Virus record (IMG/VR): IMGVR_UViG_3300032155_000029
Coordinates: 1-24,570 of that record
Direction: 5' to 3' (one strand)
Origin: a virus
Lineage: Duplodnaviria > Caudoviricetes
Length of the DNA stretch: 24,570 nt
Positions 17,364-22,908 of the stretch are shown piece by piece. Made by a program: the position numbers and the translations under genes. A model generated the notes under the pieces. It was not told where the DNA came from and ran no database searches. It worked only from the letters and a program-made list of their open reading frames with translations. The stretch's first letter is position 1. The number at the start of each line of letters is the position of its first letter.

Positions 17364-17615
17364 CTACCACCGCCCCCGCAGGATGACGGGGCGAACGGCC
17401 ACGGGGCCAGGGCGGCGCGGCCTGCCGGACTGTTCGGCCAGCAGCTTGTTGCGCTCCGCCTCCAGGTAGGCCAGCTGGTCCTGGATGTCCTGCAGCGAGT
17501 AGTGAGAGACGGACTGGCCGCCCACGGAATAGAAGCGTCCGGTGGCTACTGCATTGAGAGCCTCCTTCCACGACGCGATCAGCGCGTCCAATTCGGTAAG
17601 CGTCCAGATAGACAT
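17364..17615 (-). CDS. Head completion / head-tail adaptor, lambda gpW-like
   Basis: 83 aa directly before portal; helix-hairpin-helix pattern ALNAVATGRFYSVGGQSV...L..LEAE. Confidence 0.8.
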   Translation of the reverse strand: MSIWTLTELDALIASWKEALNAVATGRFYSVGGQSVSHYSLQDIQDQLAYLEAERNKLLAEQSGRPRRPGPVAVRPVILRGRW

Positions 17616-17644
17616 GCCCGCAACCTACGGGGGTTGCGGGCATG
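17613..17644. promoter_or_regulatory. Perfect 13-bp inverted repeat covering the gpW-like start codon; contains candidate -10 hexamer TAGGTT (minus strand 17627-17622)
   Basis: CATGCCCGCAACC (17613-17625), loop TACGGG, GGTTGCGGGCATG (17632-17644); regulatory role inferred. Confidence 0.7.
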
Positions 17645-17646
17645 CT

Positions 17647-17682
17647 GTCGTGGACGTGGTGGACGTAGTGGACGTGGTGGAC
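17647..17682. repeat. Four tandem 9-bp direct repeats GTNGTGGAC
   Basis: gtcgtggac gtggtggac gtagtggac gtggtggac, non-coding, just upstream of the head operon. Confidence 0.93.
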
Positions 17683-17711
17683 GAAATGTTGAGAAAGTGG
17701 GGTGGGGATTC

Positions 17712-18127
17712 TCATTCAGTGGGGGTTGCTTCCTCCACCGGAACCAGCCGAACACCACCGCCTGGGTGCTGCACGCCCACCCACCACCGGCCCGCAGGGT
17801 CACGCAGGGGTGCGTCCGTGACCACGTGGGTCAAGTCGTGCATCATCCGGCCAAAGCGGATGCGCCCGTTGGGCACGCGCACGCGGGTGCCGCGCGGCAG
17901 TTGGGGCGGCGGAGCTGGGGCGTCACCCTGCCCTATCAGCCGGGCCACGCCCTCGCCTATGTCCGCCGCAGAGTGGTAGCCCTCCATCCAGCAGCCGCCC
18001 GCGCGCACGCGGAACAGGTGGGGTTGCCCGTCCGCCACTGGTCTGCGGCAAACAGCTCCCACTTGTGCGACGCGCTTGCCTTGGTTTTAAGGCAAATGGA
18101 CGCGCAGGATTTGCGCTTTTCAGACAT
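17712..18127 (-). pseudogene. Hypothetical gene split by a 1-nt frameshift near 18035 (about 138 aa if repaired)
   Basis: ATG 18127 overlaps the upstream stop (ATGTCTGA) and reads MSEKRKSCASICLKTKASASHKWELFAADQW; protein-like sequence continues in the -1 frame as ADGQPHLFRVRAGGCW...EEATPTE. Confidence 0.6.
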
Positions 18128-18344
18128 GGTTTTGCCTCGGATTTGAGGCAACGGCTTCCGCCCCCTCGGTCCCGCCGCGCGCCATGAAGGCCAGCGCATC
18201 AACCTCGCGCACGCGGATTCCCTTGACCCTGCCGTTACGGTGAGAAGGCAAGTCGCCGGAATTGATAAGGTTGTAGAACTGGCTGCGGCTGCACCCCAGC
18301 AGGGCACAGGTTTGTCTCCAGTTGAGCGTACGTTCCGTGGTCAT
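18120..18344 (-). CDS. Excisionase/MerR-like winged HTH DNA-binding protein (HTH_17-type), 74 aa
   Basis: Start reassigned to ATG 18344 (TAATG overlap with terL stop; GGAGG RBS); LNWRQTCALLGCSRSQFYNLINSGDLPSHR...IRVREVD. Confidence 0.88.
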   Translation of the reverse strand: MTTERTLNWRQTCALLGCSRSQFYNLINSGDLPSHRNGRVKGIRVREVDALAFMARGGTEGAEAVASNPRQNHV

Positions 18345-20410
18345 TAGCGGCCTCCTCCGAACCAGTTGGGGCGAGCAGCGGGGTGATGGGCTGGAGGCGG
18401 CACGGGGCGCGCCTGCTGGGGGGGCGGTTTGGGCTGGGCGGCATCCTCGTCGGGGCGCGCCCACTTGCTGATGTTCAAGGCATGGGCACCGGCCAGGGCC
18501 AGCACCTCGCAATCCCAGAAGTGGTTGGCAACCCCGTCAGGGCACTTCCATGCCTGTTCGTCTTCGTCGTAGTATTCGGCCACCATTTCGCGCGCGTACT
18601 CCACGGGAGTTCCGTGGTGCAGATGGAACGCGCCGGGGTCTTCCGGGGCAATGGCCAGCTTGGCCGACAGGTCGTTTTTGAAGAAGGTGGTATCCACCTT
18701 GGCAAGGCGGATGCCGCCGGGGATGCGCTTTGTGGTGCCGGGGTAGTATTCCTGCGGGGCGTAGATGATGGGCGCGGCCTGGCTGCGCTTGCCCTGCGTG
18801 GGCAGGATGCGCCCCTTGTTTGCCGCGCAGAACGCGTACACCTGTTTGGTCAGCCGCCCCATGGCGTCTTGCATGGCAAGGCGTACGCGGTATTCGTTGC
18901 CCTGGCTGTCGCGGTACACGCTCCGCCACAGCACCTCGCCCAGGGCTTTCAGGGTGGGCACGGTGCCGCACTGCACCAGCCAGCTTTCTTCATCCTCTCC
19001 CCAGCCAAAGGCGCGGATGACATAGCGGTAGTACGCCTTGTCTTCTGTCGCCCCCTGGGTGTCTATGCCCGCCACCAGCGCGGCCACGCGGGGAACACCG
19101 GGCGATTCCGGCAGGGGGCCGGGCACCACGCCGCGCGGTCTGTCGTCGGCCAGGGCGAGGATGCCGTCTTCCTTGCGCTCTGTCCTGTGGTACACCCAGG
19201 GTTCCGCCTTCCACGTGTTGCAGAAATCTTTCAACAATTCCAAAGCATCCGGCGTGCCCTTGACCGCATTCCAGCGCAGGAAGGCGGCGGCCACCTCGGA
19301 CAGCGAAACGAAGTAGGACAGCCATGAGGGCACGTGGAACCCGATCTTGGCGGGCTTGTACGTGCCCAGATGCGCGAACAGTTCCAGCCCGGTGGACCGT
19401 TCGCGCCACTGGCCCATGCGAACGGCGCGGTCACGGTCGCCGTCATGCCATGCCACCCCGCAGTGCTCGCACACGTAGCAGGCCAGCCGCTGGGACTGCA
19501 CTTTCTCTGCGTCCCGCTCGCCCTTGGGCCAGCGGATGCGGTCAAAGACCATAAGCTGCTCGCGCAGGCAGTGCGGACAAATCGGGTAGTAGTCGAACAC
19601 GGCCTGCGCTTCCTTGCGCATGGCCACGCTGATAGCGCCGTTGACATCGGTGGGGGTGGATATTTCCCAGATGCGACGGCGGCGCGGATAGGTGGTGGTA
19701 CGGGCCGCCGCCAGCTTCTGGGGCGTGGTTTCGGTCTTGTGCTTGGGGTACTTGTTGGATTCGTCCAACACCACGTAACAGGCGGGCTTGTTGCCCAACC
19801 GGCTGACGGAACCAGCCCACGCCATGTGGATGGTCATGTGGGCCAGGTCCACCCGGAGCGACGACTTTGTGTCCGTGGAGCCGCGCAGGTACGACCGCAG
19901 CCGGGGGCTGCTGTCCAACATGGGGATGATGCGGTCCTTGGCGTTGTCCCGCGCGGTCAACTCATCCGGGTAAACGTAGATGACCGGCGCGGGCGAACGG
20001 TCGATGGCGTAGCCGATGCAGTTGTGGATAGCCTCGGAAAGCCCCGTCTGCGGCGACTTTTCGATGATGATCTTTTCCACGCCGGGGTAGAACGAGGCAT
20101 CCATGATGCCCTTGCTGTATGGCGTGATCTCGTTGTGCCACCGGCCAGGGATGGACGATTCCGTGAGCACACGGTGCTTCTCCGCCCACTTGCTGACCGG
20201 CATGGGCGCACGGCGCCGCAACACGGCCCGCTCCCCGCGCGAGAACGTCAGCCGCCGCTTGCCGCCCGTCAGGGCCAGCCGCGCGGCCACGCGCGCCCGC
20301 ATGGCCGGGGCCATGCCGGATGGCAACCGGATGGGCACCCGCTGCACGGCGGGGGCTTCAAGCCCCTGCATCGGAAGTGTCGTCGGTATCGTCTTCGGTG
20401 TGGTCTGCAT
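18344..20410 (-). CDS. Terminase large subunit, lambda GpA family
   Basis: 688 aa; VSKWAEKHR, ITPY, Walker A KSPQTGLSE, Walker B VVLDE, ISTPT, CPHC/CEHC, AGIDTQ, NHFWDC; exact start uncertain (20410 or 20371). Confidence 0.96.
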   Translation of the reverse strand: MQTTPKTIPTTLPMQGLEAPAVQRVPIRLPSGMAPAMRARVAARLALTGGKRRLTFSRGERAVLRRRAPMPVSKWAEKHRVLTESSIPGRWHNEITPYSKGIMDASFYPGVEKIIIEKSPQTGLSEAIHNCIGYAIDRSPAPVIYVYPDELTARDNAKDRIIPMLDSSPRLRSYLRGSTDTKSSLRVDLAHMTIHMAWAGSVSRLGNKPACYVVLDESNKYPKHKTETTPQKLAAARTTTYPRRRRIWEISTPTDVNGAISVAMRKEAQAVFDYYPICPHCLREQLMVFDRIRWPKGERDAEKVQSQRLACYVCEHCGVAWHDGDRDRAVRMGQWRERSTGLELFAHLGTYKPAKIGFHVPSWLSYFVSLSEVAAAFLRWNAVKGTPDALELLKDFCNTWKAEPWVYHRTERKEDGILALADDRPRGVVPGPLPESPGVPRVAALVAGIDTQGATEDKAYYRYVIRAFGWGEDEESWLVQCGTVPTLKALGEVLWRSVYRDSQGNEYRVRLAMQDAMGRLTKQVYAFCAANKGRILPTQGKRSQAAPIIYAPQEYYPGTTKRIPGGIRLAKVDTTFFKNDLSAKLAIAPEDPGAFHLHHGTPVEYAREMVAEYYDEDEQAWKCPDGVANHFWDCEVLALAGAHALNISKWARPDEDAAQPKPPPQQARPVPPPAHHPAARPNWFGGGR

Positions 20411-20942
20411 CGTCGATCAGCTCCGCTTCGTATTCCATGGGGCGCGCGTATTCATTTATCGCCGTGTCTAGCCGCTGCTCGAATGCCCCCAGCAGCGTTT
20501 GCGCACTCCGCGGATCCCCGTTGACCAGGTGGATGAAGTCCAGCAACGAGGTTTCGAACATGGTGCGCAGGCCGGTGGCCAGCACCCCGGCCCGGACGGC
20601 AAGCTCCACTTCCACGTCGCTGCGGAGCACGTACTTTCCCGCGCGCACCTGGTTGCGGAAGCGTTCGGCCTCCGCCTGGGCTTCCAGCTTTTCGGCCTCC
20701 GCCTTGGCCTTGCGCTCCGCGAGGCCCTGCAACTCGGTGGCCTCTTTCTCCGGCATGGCCACCAGGGGCAGCCGGGCGGCGTAGGCCTTGACGTCCTTGT
20801 GGGCAAAGGAGCCGTCCTGCTGGCGGCGCAGCAGGCCCCGGCCCACGTCGTTGTACAACTTGGACTGGCCGATCTTCCGGCCCTCGGCGACGAGGTGGGC
20901 CAGGACGGCGGCGAGGTTTTTGAGGGGGGCGGGGTTAGGCAT
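20358..20942 (-). CDS. Terminase small subunit (Nu1-like)
   Basis: Start reassigned to ATG 20942 (ATGCCTAA overlap; GAGGAG RBS), 194 aa; N-terminal wHTH-like segment, coiled coil KAKAEAEKLEAQAEAERF..GKYV; directly before terL. Confidence 0.8.
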   Translation of the reverse strand: MPNPAPLKNLAAVLAHLVAEGRKIGQSKLYNDVGRGLLRRQQDGSFAHKDVKAYAARLPLVAMPEKEATELQGLAERKAKAEAEKLEAQAEAERFRNQVRAGKYVLRSDVEVELAVRAGVLATGLRTMFETSLLDFIHLVNGDPRSAQTLLGAFEQRLDTAINEYARPMEYEAELIDDADHTEDDTDDTSDAGA

Positions 20943-21186
20943 GTTCTTCTCCCCGCCGCACCAGCTCACGCCGCCAGTTGCGCACCGATCTCCACGTCAG
21001 CACAAACAGCACCACGCTTTGCGCCAGCAGCCACCACTGCCCGCGCGCCACGGCGGCGACGATCCACCCTGCCTGGGCGGCCAGCATCAGCTGCTGCCCC
21101 CGGATGTCCAGCCGCCCGATAAGGTGGACGGCGGACAGCACCAGCACGGTGGCGACGGATTCCACAAACGACAGGGTACTAGGCAT
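20935..21186 (-). CDS. Small 3-TM membrane protein, half-PnuC-like pattern
   Basis: 83 aa, three hydrophobic segments, 8-nt overlaps with both neighbours, GGAGG RBS. Confidence 0.7.
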   Translation of the reverse strand: MPSTLSFVESVATVLVLSAVHLIGRLDIRGQQLMLAAQAGWIVAAVARGQWWLLAQSVVLFVLTWRSVRNWRRELVRRGEEHA

Positions 21187-22642
21187 GGGGCCTCCGGAGC
21201 AGGTTGCGCGCGGTAATCACCGCATCGGGGTGGTGGTCAATCATGGCCCACAGTTCGGGGGTGGCGTTGGCCAGGGACAGAAAGGCATGCAAGTCGTCGC
21301 GGTTCTGGGCGGCCCATACCTGCGGGAACTTCCAGGTGGTGCTGCCGTCGCCCGCCACGGCCAGGCTCACCGGCATGGTCCGCCACAGCTCCAGCACCGG
21401 CAGCAGCGCGGGGGGGCACGGTGGCACGTCGTCATTACCCCCCGCCCCGGCAGCCACCTGACCAGACGGCGATGCTCCCAGCGCGGAGAAGACAGGCGGC
21501 AGGCTGGCGCGCTGCACGGGCGGCACGGTCAGCGCGGGCGGTAGCCCGGCAAGGATCCACGCGCGGATGTCCACGCCCAGCTCAAAGGCCTCGCCAGCGT
21601 CCTTGCCCTTGGGCGTGGGCCAGCGCCTGGCGGTCTGGTAGGTCTGCCGCCACCACGCCCAGCCGTTGGCGCCGGGCTTGTCGAAATCGAGCGCGCACAG
21701 GATCACCGCGCACCGCCGCAGGACCTCGTGGGCGCGGACATCCGGCTTGCCGCAGTTGGTCAGCACGGAAACCACGGTGGCGATGTCCCCGGCGATATGG
21801 TGAACCATCTCCGCGTCCAACTCGGTTTCCACCACCACACCCACGCGCGGGTCGCCATCCAGCAGCATGGTGGCGCCGCCGCAGCTGCCTTCCACCAGCA
21901 TGTACTTGTCGCCCCACTGGTCCGCGTCGGCATTGGGGCGACGGATCCGGATGCGGATGGGCGGCTCGGACTGACCGGCGGGCCCGTAACAGGGGATGGC
22001 GATGCCGCGCGGGATGAACAGGGTGTGGCTTTCCCGCTTGGCGGGCTTGCCGTCCTTGGCTGGGCGGGCGGGCTTGGTTGGCAAGTCCCACACCGTGCGC
22101 GGACGGAACGTGCCGCCCCTGCCGTTTTCGCCCCGGAACAGGCCCAGGTGGTAGCGGCGCACGGCCTCTTCCGGCAGGCCACGCTTGGCAAGCCAGGCCA
22201 TGGCGTTGGGCGCTGCCAGCAAGGCGGCGTGGGCGTCGTCCATGACCTTGGCCGCGCGCTCGCGCCACTTGTCCGAGGGGATGGCCCAGTCACGCGGGGT
22301 AAAGACCATGGGCCGGTCGGCCTTGGGCAGCTGGGGCAGGCGGCCAGGGGTTGAGGTGTAGTCTATGCGCAGGGCCTTGCAGGCGTCGGCCCAGCTCAAC
22401 TTGTCGAAGCGCATCAGGAATTCCACAGCATCGCCGCCCACCTGTTCGTGGCGGCAGAACCACGTCCCGTTCACCCCGGCCTTCTCGCAGGCCGGGCCGC
22501 CCTGCTGGTCCGGCCAGACGCGGAAGCGGTCGCGCCCGCCGCAGCTGGGGCACGGGCACGCCCACTCGCCGCCGTGGGTGTTGGCCACGTGCTTCGGCTC
22601 CAGGCCACGAGAGCGGAGCATGTCCAGCAAGGGGGCGCTCAT
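21179..22642 (-). CDS. DNA primase (P4 alpha-type Zn ribbon + TOPRIM)
   Basis: 487 aa; CPCPSCGGRDRF...WFCRH..GGD zinc ribbon, AWLAKRGL, TOPRIM VVETELDA and LDFDKPG, PKGKD; GGAGG RBS. Confidence 0.88.
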   Translation of the reverse strand: MSAPLLDMLRSRGLEPKHVANTHGGEWACPCPSCGGRDRFRVWPDQQGGPACEKAGVNGTWFCRHEQVGGDAVEFLMRFDKLSWADACKALRIDYTSTPGRLPQLPKADRPMVFTPRDWAIPSDKWRERAAKVMDDAHAALLAAPNAMAWLAKRGLPEEAVRRYHLGLFRGENGRGGTFRPRTVWDLPTKPARPAKDGKPAKRESHTLFIPRGIAIPCYGPAGQSEPPIRIRIRRPNADADQWGDKYMLVEGSCGGATMLLDGDPRVGVVVETELDAEMVHHIAGDIATVVSVLTNCGKPDVRAHEVLRRCAVILCALDFDKPGANGWAWWRQTYQTARRWPTPKGKDAGEAFELGVDIRAWILAGLPPALTVPPVQRASLPPVFSALGASPSGQVAAGAGGNDDVPPCPPALLPVLELWRTMPVSLAVAGDGSTTWKFPQVWAAQNRDDLHAFLSLANATPELWAMIDHHPDAVITARNLLRRPHA

Positions 22643-22646
22643 TACC

Positions 22647-22900
22647 GCAATCCTCCCATTGTCCCAAATCCTCCCATTTTCATTTTCTATTTAACCATCC
22701 TTTTTCATTAAGAAATAATAGAGTGTGGGATGATGGGAGCGACGCACGTAGGTAATCTGCACCTCTGCATGACGCGCGCGCCCGTGGCAAAGAACTGCTA
22801 TCAATCCTCCCAACGTCCCACGCACCTGTATTACCCTGTCCTTTCGGATGGTTACAAGTGCTCACCATACTGCAACCGTGGGAGCGTGCGGGATGATTGC
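22647..22900. other. Putative replication origin: AT-rich core with direct and inverted TCCCA-based repeats
   Basis: caatcctcccattgtccca (22648-22666) vs caatcctcccaacgtccca (22802-22820); aatcctcccatt again at 22667-22678; inverted copies at 22726-22740 and 22879-22900; AT-rich tract about 22676-22722. Confidence 0.65.
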
Positions 22901-22908
22901 GTACCGCG

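Noticed and set aside
17647-17682. Tandem repeat considered as CRISPR array or coding repeat (VDVVDV / HHVHYVHHV ORFs)
   Set aside because: 9-bp units with no spacers and no cas genes; the overlapping ORFs lack RBS and conflict with real genes
17690-17714. Short inverted repeat TGAGAA...TTCTCA (17690 region) after the split gene as a terminator
   Set aside because: Only about 6 bp of AT-rich stem with a long loop and no convincing U-tract
18120-18344. HTH gene as the prophage excisionase
   Set aside because: Not excluded, but no integrase or att site is nearby and it is coupled to terL, so a regulatory role fits the context better
323-21181. Frequent TAG stops (12 of about 32 genes) suggesting stop-codon recoding
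   Set aside because: TAG codons fall at expected protein ends and often overlap the next start; no genes are interrupted by in-frame TAG
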